Virus record (IMG/VR): IMGVR_UViG_3300031951_000008
Source: a virus
Taxonomy: Duplodnaviria > Caudoviricetes
Length of the DNA: 64,000 nt
Reading direction: 5' to 3' (one strand)
In this document: in pieces, positions 19,214-29,218 of the stretch
Layout: each line of letters starts with the position of its first letter
Numbering within the stretch: the stretch's first letter is position 1
Position numbers and translations under genes: made by a program
The notes under the pieces: model-generated
What the model was told of the DNA's origin: nothing
What the model saw: only the letters and a program-made list of their open reading frames with translations
Databases searched by the model: none

Positions 19214-19853
19214 GATTACTGAAGAAAGGCTTTGGACGGTTTATGGGTGGTGTGCTACAGCATATCTACAACACGGTATAAAAATTGCATTCCCAGCCAA
19301 TACAGACCCACGTAAAACTTATCAGTGGCGTTATCTCAATTCGTTGGTTAATAAGCTCAATGAATGGGAATTTGATGATGAAACGTCTAAGAAGTTTATA
19401 GCGATAGCTGTTAGCCAAGCAAAGCAGAAAAAGGTTCTGAACAAAGGCTTGGCTTGCTTTTTACAGAGCAACTTATTAGACATTTGCTATCGTAAACTAA
19501 CTGCACAAGCTAAGGAAGACTGCAGCAAGTTAGATGCTCTAAAACAGATGAAGACTTGGTTCGATTTACAAACTGGCGACAAAGACCCGTTGCGGTGTCT
19601 ACTTCATAGATCTAGCCCTAGGGCTTTTTCTAATATAGTAATGTGGCATCAATCTAATAGGATATCGCCATTGTTTATCGCTTTGTCTAAAAGCTGCAGT
19701 AAGGCAGTATTCCAATTACAAAGTAACGATATTGAATCTAATCTGCTGCCGAGCCTATCGACATTGTATTTGACGAGGGTTAATTTTTTATCCGAATCAA
19801 ACAATCTTAATTTCGTTTCAACACTTTTTGGCACTGACTGGAGAAGTAAATGA
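19212..19853 (+). CDS. Hypothetical protein (start reassigned from 19104 to the ATG at 19212)
   Basis: MITEERLWTVY...; the first 36 codons of the longer ORF are antisense to 18908-19213; stop overlaps the RNR start. Confidence 0.65.
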   Translation: MITEERLWTVYGWCATAYLQHGIKIAFPANTDPRKTYQWRYLNSLVNKLNEWEFDDETSKKFIAIAVSQAKQKKVLNKGLACFLQSNLLDICYRKLTAQAKEDCSKLDALKQMKTWFDLQTGDKDPLRCLLHRSSPRAFSNIVMWHQSNRISPLFIALSKSCSKAVFQLQSNDIESNLLPSLSTLYLTRVNFLSESNNLNFVSTLFGTDWRSK

Positions 19854-22051
19854 CGGTTTTAGCTGCAAACGACGCTTATCAAGCGATTAGTTATAACGAG
19901 AATGCTGAGAATAGAGCCGACAGATTTAGGCTCGACAATGAATTCTTGAAGGGATTTAGAGGCAAGTCTCCAAAGTTCGGCTACAACGGCTTAGGAGAAC
20001 TTGTTTATTATCGAACATATTCGAGAACAATGCCTGATGGTCGCAAGGAGACTTTCTGCGACACGGTTCAGCGTGTAGTAGAGGGCTGCTTTGAGATCCA
20101 ACGCAGACACAGCAAGAAGATACACATACCATGGGACTACGATAAAGCTCAAAGATCAGCACAAGAGATGTTCCAAAGGATTTGGGACTTTAAGTTTTTG
20201 CCCCCAGGCCGGGGTTTATGGATGATGGGCACGGAATTTATGTGGACAAGAGGATCTGCAGCTTTGAATAACTGCGGCTTTGTCAGCACGAGCGATATTG
20301 ATACAGACCCAGCAGAGCCCTTCTGCTTCTTGATGGACATGTCGATGCTCGGCGTTGGAGTCGGATTTGATACTAAAGGGGCCAAAAAAGTAAAGGTCAA
20401 CGAACCGGCACCATTCTCACGGATTCATGTTGTCGGCGATTCACGTGAAGGTTGGGTCGAGTCTGTAAGGCAGCTTATCTTCTCATATACGACTCGATCA
20501 GAGGATGGCTTTGTAGACTTTGATTACAGCGAGATTCGTAAAGAAGGATCAGATATCAAAGGCTTTGGCGGCAAAGCATCCGGACCTAAGATTCTTCGAG
20601 AGCTTCATGGATTGATAGCGAAGCACTTAGACAAGAAAATTGGGAAGCACTTGTCAAGCGTAGACATCACCGATATTATGAATTATATCGGCAGATGCGT
20701 CGTTGCTGGCAATGTAAGGCGTACAGCGGAAATAGCATTCGGAGAAATCGACGATATGGAATATGCGTCGATGAAGAATTACAAGCGGACTCTCAAAGAT
20801 GAAGACTTAGGAGCGTTTTACGAAGTCACTGGCAATCTCTGGGCAGCAGAGCTAAACCGCAACAAGGATAATGCTTGCCCACAAGCTAAATTATCTGACT
20901 TTGAGCTAAACGGCGAGCTAAGAATACCTGAGGATAGATTGATCCCAGCCATCGAGACCTGGAATGCTGTTAATATGCAACGGTGGGCATCGAATAATTC
21001 AATCTTCGCCAAGGTTGGGATGAACTATGATGCCATAGCCGAACAAATCGCTGTCAATGGAGAACCAGGATTTATTTGGTTAGATAACGTCAGAGATTAC
21101 GGGAGAATGAAAGACGGTTATAAGCCAGGTATCGACGGAAGGGTTAAAGGTAGTAATCCTTGTGTCGAGCAAAGCTTAGAGAGCTACGAGCTTTGCAATC
21201 TTGTCGAGACTTTCCCAGCTAATCACGACGATGCAGAAGATTATATGAGGACACTCAAGTTCGCATATCTTTATGCTAAAACTGTTACGTTGCTGCCAAC
21301 TCATAACGCGAGAACTAATCAGGTCACTTTGAGAAACAGAAGAATCGGCTTGTCTCAAAGTGGTATTGCTCAGGCATTTGCTAAATTTGGTAGGAGAAAC
21401 GTTCTTAATGACTTCTGCGATGCTGGCTACAATGAAATTCGCCGTTGGGATAAGATTTATTCTGAATGGCTTTGTATCCCAACATCTATCAAAGTCACCT
21501 CTGTTAAGCCAAGTGGTACTGTAAGCTTGCTAGTAGGTGCTACTCCTGGTATTCACCATCCAGAAGCCAGACACTACTGGAGAAGGATGAGATTAGCTAA
21601 AGATAGTCCATTAGTCCCAATCTTGATCGAGGCTGGGTATCACATTGAGCCAGTTCTAAGTGATCCAGATCGTACTGTTGTTGTCAAATTCGCTATTAGT
21701 GACCCAAGAGTTCGACCAGTGGCTGATACTACTATTTGGGAGCAGATGGCAAATGCTTCAGATTACCAGTTGTTCTGGGCCGATAACCAAGTATCTTGTA
21801 CTGTCAAGTTCAAGAATAGCGAAAGAGATCAAATCGCTCTTGTGCTTGAAGCTTATGAAGACAAGCTGAAGGGTATTAGCTTCTTGCCTGCTACGGATCA
21901 CGGTTATGCACAAGCTCCTTACGAGCCGTGCACAGAACAAGAGGTTATTGAATACAACATGAAGGTCAAACCAGTTGATTATTCAAAGTATTTAGTCGAT
22001 GCCGTGGGAAGTGTTTATTGCGATAACGATTCTTGTGAAGTCCGCAAATAA
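19850..22051 (+). CDS. nrdJ: Class II (adenosylcobalamin-dependent), monomeric-type ribonucleotide reductase
   Basis: YYRTYSR, FLPPGRGLW, ALNNCGF, GGKASGP, GSNPCVEQ, ELCNLVE, RRIGLSQSG, VKPSGTVSLL, C-terminal YCDNDSC. Confidence 0.93.
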   Translation: MTVLAANDAYQAISYNENAENRADRFRLDNEFLKGFRGKSPKFGYNGLGELVYYRTYSRTMPDGRKETFCDTVQRVVEGCFEIQRRHSKKIHIPWDYDKAQRSAQEMFQRIWDFKFLPPGRGLWMMGTEFMWTRGSAALNNCGFVSTSDIDTDPAEPFCFLMDMSMLGVGVGFDTKGAKKVKVNEPAPFSRIHVVGDSREGWVESVRQLIFSYTTRSEDGFVDFDYSEIRKEGSDIKGFGGKASGPKILRELHGLIAKHLDKKIGKHLSSVDITDIMNYIGRCVVAGNVRRTAEIAFGEIDDMEYASMKNYKRTLKDEDLGAFYEVTGNLWAAELNRNKDNACPQAKLSDFELNGELRIPEDRLIPAIETWNAVNMQRWASNNSIFAKVGMNYDAIAEQIAVNGEPGFIWLDNVRDYGRMKDGYKPGIDGRVKGSNPCVEQSLESYELCNLVETFPANHDDAEDYMRTLKFAYLYAKTVTLLPTHNARTNQVTLRNRRIGLSQSGIAQAFAKFGRRNVLNDFCDAGYNEIRRWDKIYSEWLCIPTSIKVTSVKPSGTVSLLVGATPGIHHPEARHYWRRMRLAKDSPLVPILIEAGYHIEPVLSDPDRTVVVKFAISDPRVRPVADTTIWEQMANASDYQLFWADNQVSCTVKFKNSERDQIALVLEAYEDKLKGISFLPATDHGYAQAPYEPCTEQEVIEYNMKVKPVDYSKYLVDAVGSVYCDNDSCEVRK

Positions 22052-22073
22052 AACTCGCTCGGTATATTGTATC

Positions 22074-22110
22074 GCTTAGGCAACAAGGCATACGATCTTG
22101 TTGCCTAAGC
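22074..22110. repeat. Perfect 14-bp inverted repeat (hairpin)
   Basis: GCTTAGGCAACAAG-GCATACGAT-CTTGTTGCCTAAGC; no U-tract on either strand. Confidence 0.85.
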
Positions 22111-22186
22111 AAGAGATGCTGGTGATCACTCAAAAATCCTTAGCCAGCGATTGTAATTATTATCTTCGTTATAGTATTTTAATATT

Positions 22187-23776
22187 ATGATAGCTCGCAT
22201 AGTCGATAACAAGTTCATACAGCTTCACAGTATTACTGACCATGAGGATCAGGTGTTATGGGAGGCTTTTAGTGTTTCAGAGCCCGGTACCTATATTGAC
22301 AATTCTTATTATTCTAACTGGGATGGTGTTTATCGCAAGTATAATAGAGCAAGGAAACGGCTTGCCAGGCCTTTGTTAGGCATGCTCCGTGAAGTTTGTG
22401 AAAAGCATAAATTGCCACTGTCTGTCGAAGATATACGAGATCCTTGGAAGTATACCACAGTAAAGCAAGAAGATATAGACGAGAACTTCTTAGCTAATAT
22501 TAAGTTGGAAGACTATCAGATAAATGCTATAAGGAGTTGCATTGACAATGAATGTGGAATAGTCGACGTGCCGACTGGTGGAGGTAAGGGAGAGCTAATT
22601 TGCGGCTTTTGCAAGGCTATACAATGCCCTACTCTAATATTAGCTGATCAAAGGGTCGTAGTAAAACAACTCAAAGAGAGGTTAGAACTAAGAGATATTA
22701 CTGATGATGTTGGTATATTTTATGCCGGTAAAAGGCCAGATGGGCAAGTTATAGTAGTAGGCCTAATTCAAACTTTAACGGCCAATAAAAAGCCACCAGA
22801 GCTACCAGATAGGAAAAAGGATGAGACAGATAAAGCATACAAAAAAAGACTCGACCGTTATGAAGCTTCTCTCAAAGCTTTCAAGACTAGGAAAAAGAAC
22901 GTCAAGTTCTTAAATGAGTATGTCAAGAAAGCAGAGATGATAATTGTAGATGAATGTGACAAAGCTGCAAGTGAGAGTTATAAAAACCTTTTTAGGCATT
23001 CATTTCAAGGCCGAAGACGGTATGGTTTTTCCGGAACCCCGTTTGATCCTGATAAACCTGTTAACGAGATTGTAATTAAGGAGCATCTCGGATCTATAAT
23101 ATATAAAGAGCAAAGAGAAACAATATTAAACAGAGGCCGTATAGTCCCAATTACTTATAACATGTTAGCGTTCGGATTGGAAGGCAATCCAAACGAAGGC
23201 TCAGCTTATGATATAGCTTATGATGAATGGATAATTAACAACAAGAAGTTCCATCATCTCATTTATAAGCTGTGTGCAAAGTTTAATACAGTAGGTAAGC
23301 TAATTCTCGTCGATCGCAAAAACCTCGGTTATTCGCTTAGGGATACCATACAAGAGCATGGAATTGAAGCTCACTTTATACATGGTGACACGCCTACTAA
23401 AGAGCGTGACGCTACATTGAAACGGTTTGAAAGACGGGAATTCAGCGTACTTATAGGTGGGAAGATTATTAACAGAGGTCTTGACTTAGCTGGTGGTTGT
23501 GAGGTGCTGATACTAGCTGGCAGCAATAAGGATCGATCAGATCTGCTGCAGCGGGTAGGGCGGGCTTTCAGGCGTAATGAATTAGGAAGTAGTAAAATTT
23601 ACGACTTCTTTTTCAGATGCAATAGATACCTTTACGATCACTCAAAGCAAAAGCTAAAGATTATGGTTAATAATAAGTTCGACACTAAAGTAATATTTCC
23701 AGGTGGTGTTATCGATGGATCAGAATTCATTAGTAAACGATTTAGAGTCGATAAGCGACTGCTCGGAAACAAATAA
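22187..23776 (+). CDS. uvsW: SF2 DNA helicase (UvsW-like)
   Basis: Walker A VPTGGGKGE, IIVDECD, GFSGTP, RGLDL, QRVGRAFR. Confidence 0.85.
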   Translation: MIARIVDNKFIQLHSITDHEDQVLWEAFSVSEPGTYIDNSYYSNWDGVYRKYNRARKRLARPLLGMLREVCEKHKLPLSVEDIRDPWKYTTVKQEDIDENFLANIKLEDYQINAIRSCIDNECGIVDVPTGGGKGELICGFCKAIQCPTLILADQRVVVKQLKERLELRDITDDVGIFYAGKRPDGQVIVVGLIQTLTANKKPPELPDRKKDETDKAYKKRLDRYEASLKAFKTRKKNVKFLNEYVKKAEMIIVDECDKAASESYKNLFRHSFQGRRRYGFSGTPFDPDKPVNEIVIKEHLGSIIYKEQRETILNRGRIVPITYNMLAFGLEGNPNEGSAYDIAYDEWIINNKKFHHLIYKLCAKFNTVGKLILVDRKNLGYSLRDTIQEHGIEAHFIHGDTPTKERDATLKRFERREFSVLIGGKIINRGLDLAGGCEVLILAGSNKDRSDLLQRVGRAFRRNELGSSKIYDFFFRCNRYLYDHSKQKLKIMVNNKFDTKVIFPGGVIDGSEFISKRFRVDKRLLGNK

Positions 23777-24683
23777 AATAGACCTAACGCCACAGGCCAG
23801 TACTAGAAAATTATACTTTATAAACGAAATAGTGGAATGGCAACTAACACAATATATATGGACCGGTTGTACTGATGTAAAACTGCGTGATGAGATAATG
23901 TCACACGCAACAGAACTAATCCGGCAGATAATAAGAAAGCAAGGTTTACATCAGATCTACCCAGGCCAGGATGAATCATCATTTGGCGACCTTTTACAAA
24001 CAGCATGGGTACAAATAGAAAGAACGTTATATAAGTATCGTGCTAGGCCGCATTGCAGGAGATGCTACAACCCAGATAGGCCTAATGACTCAGTGCTATA
24101 TAATCCAGGTGTCGTTGAATATGGTATCAAGACTATAGAAGATACTATTACAATGCATGATGGTAAGTGCCCTAAGTGTAGGTATGCTTTATACGACATA
24201 CCAATAATTAAGCCAGTGCAAGGTCTTTTTGCCGGTACAGAAACAATTCTTTATCGGGGTATGTCTAAAGTGTTTAATATGTGGTCTCAGGTCGCTAGAA
24301 CAGTAATATTAGCACATATCAAGAAAGAAGGCAGAGATAGAAAGAATTCAGGGTCATATGTCAGTCATTTAGGCAATAAGCAGAAACCAATATCTGGCAT
24401 TATAGAACGTTTCTTGAATGAATTGCGTGAAATAAATCGTTTTGACGATACGAATTTAAAAATAATAGAGGCCTTAGAGCAGATTATAAACAATGATGAA
24501 AAGCCGCATGACGGACTAATCAGCAAGCTAGTTAATCAGTCTGGATTTTCAAGGCAAGCAGTGACAAACTTCCTGAAAGTGACAAAGTTACGTAGCTTTG
24601 AGTTGACTGACTCTCCGGTTAATAGAACGATAGAGCCTAAGATAGATAATAGAAAAGCTGCCTTAGAGGTCGAAGAAGAATAA
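23703..24683 (+). CDS. Phage RNA polymerase sigma factor (gp55-like / sigma70 region 2) with Zn-ribbon insertion
   Basis: KLYFINE...LRDEI...DLLQTAWVQIERTLYKY / SKVFNMWSQVARTVILAHIKK match phage late sigma region 2; the insert carries CRRC...CPKC. Confidence 0.7.
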   Translation: MVLSMDQNSLVNDLESISDCSETNKIDLTPQASTRKLYFINEIVEWQLTQYIWTGCTDVKLRDEIMSHATELIRQIIRKQGLHQIYPGQDESSFGDLLQTAWVQIERTLYKYRARPHCRRCYNPDRPNDSVLYNPGVVEYGIKTIEDTITMHDGKCPKCRYALYDIPIIKPVQGLFAGTETILYRGMSKVFNMWSQVARTVILAHIKKEGRDRKNSGSYVSHLGNKQKPISGIIERFLNELREINRFDDTNLKIIEALEQIINNDEKPHDGLISKLVNQSGFSRQAVTNFLKVTKLRSFELTDSPVNRTIEPKIDNRKAALEVEEE

Positions 24684-24689
24684 CTCTAT

Positions 24690-24698
24690 CAAATATAT
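24690..24698 (+). promoter_or_regulatory. Candidate late promoter element CAAATATAT
   Basis: Intergenic, 20 nt upstream of 24719; the same motif precedes several other genes. Confidence 0.5.
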
Positions 24699-24718
24699 GT
24701 TATCCAAAGGAGAACAGT

Positions 24719-25372
24719 ATGAGCATTTTCGAAGACCAGTTAGAGCATTCGTTATCACAAGTAAACATTCATAGGACTTTGAATCAGCAGTTAGTTAACC
24801 TTCTAGAGGGTCAGTCTCTCGATCCAGCAGCGTTGATCGATGTGAGTTTAAATGAATGCCTCACAGAGGGGTTCGGAGAGGGCTTGAAAAATAGACTTAA
24901 AAATATGTGGTCAGATCTTGTATGGCAAAGGCCGAAAGATCAATCGAAAGTCGATAAGAGTGCCGAGCGTGCCAAAGCTAAACAAGATAAAATTTCACAG
25001 CGAGCACGACAGAAGGCAGATAGAACCGCTAGCAGAGCACAGGCAGCATATGCTAGAATGCCTGAAGATCAAAGGCGGGCTGTAGCGAAGTATGCTAACC
25101 AAAACAACCAGTTGGCAGCTTTAACTACTAAAGTTAAAGATTACTATAAAAATCAGGTAAATAATTTATCGCGTAACGCCTATCAGATGGCAGATGACTC
25201 GACATCGCAGGGTCGTAACTTGCAAACTGTGTTATCAGCTTTACATGATCGGCTAATGGCTAGCATCGAGAATTGGACCCCATCTTTGGCTAAGGCTGGA
25301 GAAAAGGGGTATACCAGACAGTCTTCCGGCTTATATAAATCAGCTGGAGGTATGAATGACTACTCAATCTAA
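24719..25372 (+). CDS. Hypothetical protein, probable internal head protein
   Basis: AAAGGAG RBS; L-x-E sites (LLEG, LNE, LTEG) precede a basic helical region. Confidence 0.55.
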   Translation: MSIFEDQLEHSLSQVNIHRTLNQQLVNLLEGQSLDPAALIDVSLNECLTEGFGEGLKNRLKNMWSDLVWQRPKDQSKVDKSAERAKAKQDKISQRARQKADRTASRAQAAYARMPEDQRRAVAKYANQNNQLAALTTKVKDYYKNQVNNLSRNAYQMADDSTSQGRNLQTVLSALHDRLMASIENWTPSLAKAGEKGYTRQSSGLYKSAGGMNDYSI

Positions 25373-25943
25373 GCCCGACAGTTTGGATGTCGTACTGAAG
25401 AAGATCGAAGAGCAGAAAGTAACTGTTAGCGATTTTAATCAGTTGATTTCCGAGTCTACTCCGGAGGCTATAAGAGATCGTCTAAGGCGGCGTACTCTCA
25501 AAAGCGAGACAGAGTCTCACATAGACAATAAAACCGGCCATCAAGGCATGAGTTTACCGCATTTTCAGAAGCGAGTAGCACCGAAAAGAAAGCCAGAAAA
25601 TCAGCAAAACCATGGAAGGTCTAAAGTGGCTAATAGGCATAGCCAGAGAACGCAAGCTAGACAAAGAGCTGCTACTGAATCTACTACTAAGCCATCGGCT
25701 AATACTGAACCAGCTACTACACCAGCGTTGTTGGAAGGTACTGGATTCGACTTTAAGCTGAGCCGCGATAATGCAGGCCTAACTATGATCATAGAGCACA
25801 ATGGTCAAGAATTAGCTAGAGCAAAGCATAATAAGAATACTAACAAGTGGGATATAGTAAAGCCCACAGATGATCAGGTCAAATGCGTGAGCCTGGTCCA
25901 ATTTGATGGTTACGACTGGAATACACTTTTCGGTGCTATTTGA
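25356..25943 (+). CDS. Hypothetical protein, probable head-associated
   Basis: GGAGG RBS; ISES, LLEG sites; basic central region. Confidence 0.55.
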   Translation: MTTQSKPDSLDVVLKKIEEQKVTVSDFNQLISESTPEAIRDRLRRRTLKSETESHIDNKTGHQGMSLPHFQKRVAPKRKPENQQNHGRSKVANRHSQRTQARQRAATESTTKPSANTEPATTPALLEGTGFDFKLSRDNAGLTMIIEHNGQELARAKHNKNTNKWDIVKPTDDQVKCVSLVQFDGYDWNTLFGAI

Positions 25944-26557
25944 TGGAAGATTTAGACTCGCTATTGCAGCAAATTGATGAGCTTGATGCAAAAGCTGGTG
26001 AAAGTATACAGGAACCGGCTCAGCCATCTGAATCGTTTGCGGAATCAGATTCAATAATCGATCCAGACGATCCGATTTTGAATAAAAAGATTGAAGAGAA
26101 GATTACGATAGTAGATGTACAGGATGACATAAAAGTCAATTTAGATGTTATTCCAACAGAGATTACTCCTGTTGTGCAAGCAGAAGAGCCGTTGATAGAT
26201 ATTAAGAAGTATCTAAACAAGCTCGATACTGTTACTGATTCTATTCTGGAATCATGTAATGCTGATAGGCAAGAAGCACAAGACATTATAAATATGTATA
26301 GGAGAGAGATTGATTCTGCTATAACGAATTCTAGGCAACCTCAGAGGATGTTTGTTGATGGCTTGGTAAAGGCATTGGAAGTAAAGTCTAATGTAAATAT
26401 GACAGCGGTTAAAGCTTTAGAAGCTACAGCGAAGATGATCGCTACTACCAAGGCTGGTTCTAGTGTGCAGGTCAATAATTTAAACGTAGGACCAGGCAAT
26501 AGCTCTGATTTAGAATCTGTCCTGGCATTGCCTTTGTCCCAAGACGATGAATACTAA
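25940..26557 (+). CDS. Terminase small subunit (probable)
   Basis: Directly upstream of terL; acidic N-terminus, helical core, and C-terminal QVNNLNV strand. Confidence 0.6.
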   Translation: MMEDLDSLLQQIDELDAKAGESIQEPAQPSESFAESDSIIDPDDPILNKKIEEKITIVDVQDDIKVNLDVIPTEITPVVQAEEPLIDIKKYLNKLDTVTDSILESCNADRQEAQDIINMYRREIDSAITNSRQPQRMFVDGLVKALEVKSNVNMTAVKALEATAKMIATTKAGSSVQVNNLNVGPGNSSDLESVLALPLSQDDEY

Positions 26558-28524
26558 TGGCTATAACATCGCAACAGAAACAAATAATTAAAAATTGCCA
26601 ATCATCTGTAACATATTTCTTACGGAATTATGGTAAGATCAAGCATCCATCTGCTGGTATCATACCATTTTATCCATTTTCTTATCAAAGAAGAGCTATT
26701 AAAGCTTTCAGGACGAATAGGCTGAATATATTTAGGAAGTGCCGACAAGCAGGTGCTTCAAAAATCGCTGGCGCGTTTGCTTTGTGGTTCGCGATGTTTA
26801 ATAACCACAAAACAATTCTAATCGTATCGAGAACTGACGAAGATGCGATGGGTTTCTTGCGGGAGCAGATAGTCTTCTTATTCGAGCATTTGCCTGAGTG
26901 GATGCAGAAAGTATGGAAGCCTACCAAGCTCAACGAGCACGAGATTATGTTTCCTAATGGCTCTAGGATAAAGAGCCTTACATCTCACCCAGAAGTATTG
27001 CGGTCTAATGCATCATCGTTAAATATTATTGACGAAGCTGCGTTTATTCAGGGTATGGAAGCTATGTGGGCTGGTGGCTGGCCTACGCTTCAGCACGGTG
27101 GTAACGTCATCGTTATTTCTACGACCAATGGTGTTGGCAACTGGTATTGGGCGACTTGCACTGAAGCAGAAGCTGGTGCGAACATGTTCAATCCGATAGT
27201 TATTAACTGGTATGACATGGACTGGGTCATTGAATATACTGACCCAATATCACGAGAATTTAAGAGAATAGCACCTTTAGATGGTATCAAGAAATGTACG
27301 ACAAAAGAACAGATCCTAAAATATGGACCATACTGGTCTCCTTGGCTGGAACAGCAATATAAAGCATTGCAGTTAAAGGGCGAATCGCATAAATTTAAGC
27401 AAGAAATTTTAGCATCATTCATAGGTTCTGGTAACACGGTACTGCCAGAAGAAGTGCTAGCATACATTGCTACGACGGTCAAAGAACCGGAGATGAAAGT
27501 TTGCGGTAGCCAGACTTATGTCCATCCTATCTCAGGAGAATCTGAGCTGCTAGACTTCGATTTTGATGAACCAGAAGAGGGTTTATGGATATGGCAAAAG
27601 CCGGTATTAGCTAAGCCTGAGAAGAGACGTGGTAATGAGATAATTGAGGCTAGCTCTCCGGCCCATGCCTACGTGATGGGGGTTGATACGGCTACTGGTA
27701 AAGGCAAAGACTTCCACGCCATTGAAGTTTTCGACATATACACCAGAGAGCAAGTTGCAGAGTTTATGGCTCGATGCTTGCCTAGGGATTTAGTAAAGTA
27801 TATTGATCGTATAGGCAGGTGGTATAACTGTGCATTGGCCGTAGTCGAAAGCAACAATGGCGGCCATATAATAATAGATCAGCTACGTTACGACTACATG
27901 TACCCTAGATTATATCGCAAGAAGGACCTCAATGATAAGCCTTCTGCCGGAACAAGGAAAAAACAGCGGACATTAAAGGTAGCTTCATACGGCTTCGCAA
28001 CCACGTTAGCAAGTAAGCCTATTTTAAATCAATATTTAATGAACTATATAAGGGATAACGCAGAAGATGGGTATACTATTTATAGCACCAGATTGCTAAA
28101 ACAATTTCATACGTATGTTAGAAAGAGAGATCGTCTGGGGCATGATACCTCTAGGACGGAAGCGGAAGAAGGTGTTGGTAATTTCGATGACTTGGTTATA
28201 GCTACAGGTTTAGGGTTGGTCGGCACCGCAGACTCGTTCATAGTAGATGCTGGTAACATGACACCTTTTAATGCCGAAAACAGTTTTAAGAGTATGACTG
28301 GACCGACTATATTAAATAATGATACAGTTCTTAAGAACACAGAGGATTGGTCTAAGAGCGGTGGTCAGACTCTATTAATGCCGATTGCATTGGCTCCGGA
28401 TGAGATACCAGAAATAGCCGCTCAGAGGGTGATAGATAATTACGCTGTACAGCTTGGTGGTATACCAATAAGTGAGGGTAAACCTATAGTTACCCCGCAA
28501 AAGTATTTTTATGAGCGAAAATAG
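26557..28524 (+). CDS. terL: Terminase large subunit (gp17-like)
   Basis: FYPFSYQ, Walker A KCRQAGAS, Walker B NIIDEAAF, coupling motif ISTTNG, nuclease MGVDTATGKGKDF, VVESNNGG, FDDLVIA. Confidence 0.95.
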   Translation: MAITSQQKQIIKNCQSSVTYFLRNYGKIKHPSAGIIPFYPFSYQRRAIKAFRTNRLNIFRKCRQAGASKIAGAFALWFAMFNNHKTILIVSRTDEDAMGFLREQIVFLFEHLPEWMQKVWKPTKLNEHEIMFPNGSRIKSLTSHPEVLRSNASSLNIIDEAAFIQGMEAMWAGGWPTLQHGGNVIVISTTNGVGNWYWATCTEAEAGANMFNPIVINWYDMDWVIEYTDPISREFKRIAPLDGIKKCTTKEQILKYGPYWSPWLEQQYKALQLKGESHKFKQEILASFIGSGNTVLPEEVLAYIATTVKEPEMKVCGSQTYVHPISGESELLDFDFDEPEEGLWIWQKPVLAKPEKRRGNEIIEASSPAHAYVMGVDTATGKGKDFHAIEVFDIYTREQVAEFMARCLPRDLVKYIDRIGRWYNCALAVVESNNGGHIIIDQLRYDYMYPRLYRKKDLNDKPSAGTRKKQRTLKVASYGFATTLASKPILNQYLMNYIRDNAEDGYTIYSTRLLKQFHTYVRKRDRLGHDTSRTEAEEGVGNFDDLVIATGLGLVGTADSFIVDAGNMTPFNAENSFKSMTGPTILNNDTVLKNTEDWSKSGGQTLLMPIALAPDEIPEIAAQRVIDNYAVQLGGIPISEGKPIVTPQKYFYERK

Positions 28525-29218
28525 CTATTCAATTATTATACCCACTTACAATAATTTTAAATTTATCGATGAGTGCTTGAATTCTGTAGTTAAAAGCTTT
28601 AAAAACCGTGATTATGAGATATTGGTAGGAATAGATAATTGCCCTAAGACTAGGAAGCTATTGCTTTCAAAGAGCTATCAGAACACCAAAGCATACTGGT
28701 CTAATGCTAACGTTGGGCCGTTTACAATTAAGAATAATCTGGTTCAGATAGCTAAAAATGATTATCTGGTGTTCTTTGACTCAGATGATATAATGTATGA
28801 GAGTTGTGCTGCCGAATTACATAATGTATCAAGCAATAAACGATATATTCGTTTTAAGTATGATCAATTTATGCATAGCAAGGGCCAAAGCAGCAAGTCT
28901 TTGTGCGGTTTATCATTTGCTGAAGGTGTCTTTTGTATTGAATCGGCATTATTTAAAGAATATGTCGGCTTTATGCCTTGGCGTTGTGCGGCAGACTCCG
29001 AGTTTTATCTTCGTTTGCGCAATATGGGTGAAGATTATACTGTAATAGGCGAGCCATTATTTTTGAGGAGGCTGCATGGCGATAATTTAACTATGAGCCA
29101 GGATACGAATCATGTATCGGTTATCAGGAAGGGCTATATAGAAATTATTAACAGTAGGTCTGCAAGCGGTCAGTGGGATAACCCAGAAATACACAAGATA
29201 GAATTGGAGTTATTATGA
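28511..29218 (+). CDS. Glycosyltransferase family 2
   Basis: SIIIPTYNN...ILVGIDNC...NVGPF...VFFDSDD (DxD motif)...ADSEF. Confidence 0.85.
   Translation: MSENSYSIIIPTYNNFKFIDECLNSVVKSFKNRDYEILVGIDNCPKTRKLLLSKSYQNTKAYWSNANVGPFTIKNNLVQIAKNDYLVFFDSDDIMYESCAAELHNVSSNKRYIRFKYDQFMHSKGQSSKSLCGLSFAEGVFCIESALFKEYVGFMPWRCAADSEFYLRLRNMGEDYTVIGEPLFLRRLHGDNLTMSQDTNHVSVIRKGYIEIINSRSASGQWDNPEIHKIELELL

Noticed and set aside
19700-19850. Cobalamin riboswitch upstream of the class II RNR
   Set aside because: The RNR start overlaps the previous stop; there is no leader and no recognisable B12-box.
19850-28524. Inteins or introns in RNR, helicase or terminase
   Set aside because: Catalytic motifs are contiguous, and the insertions lack intein splice-junction (C...HN) or homing-endonuclease motifs.
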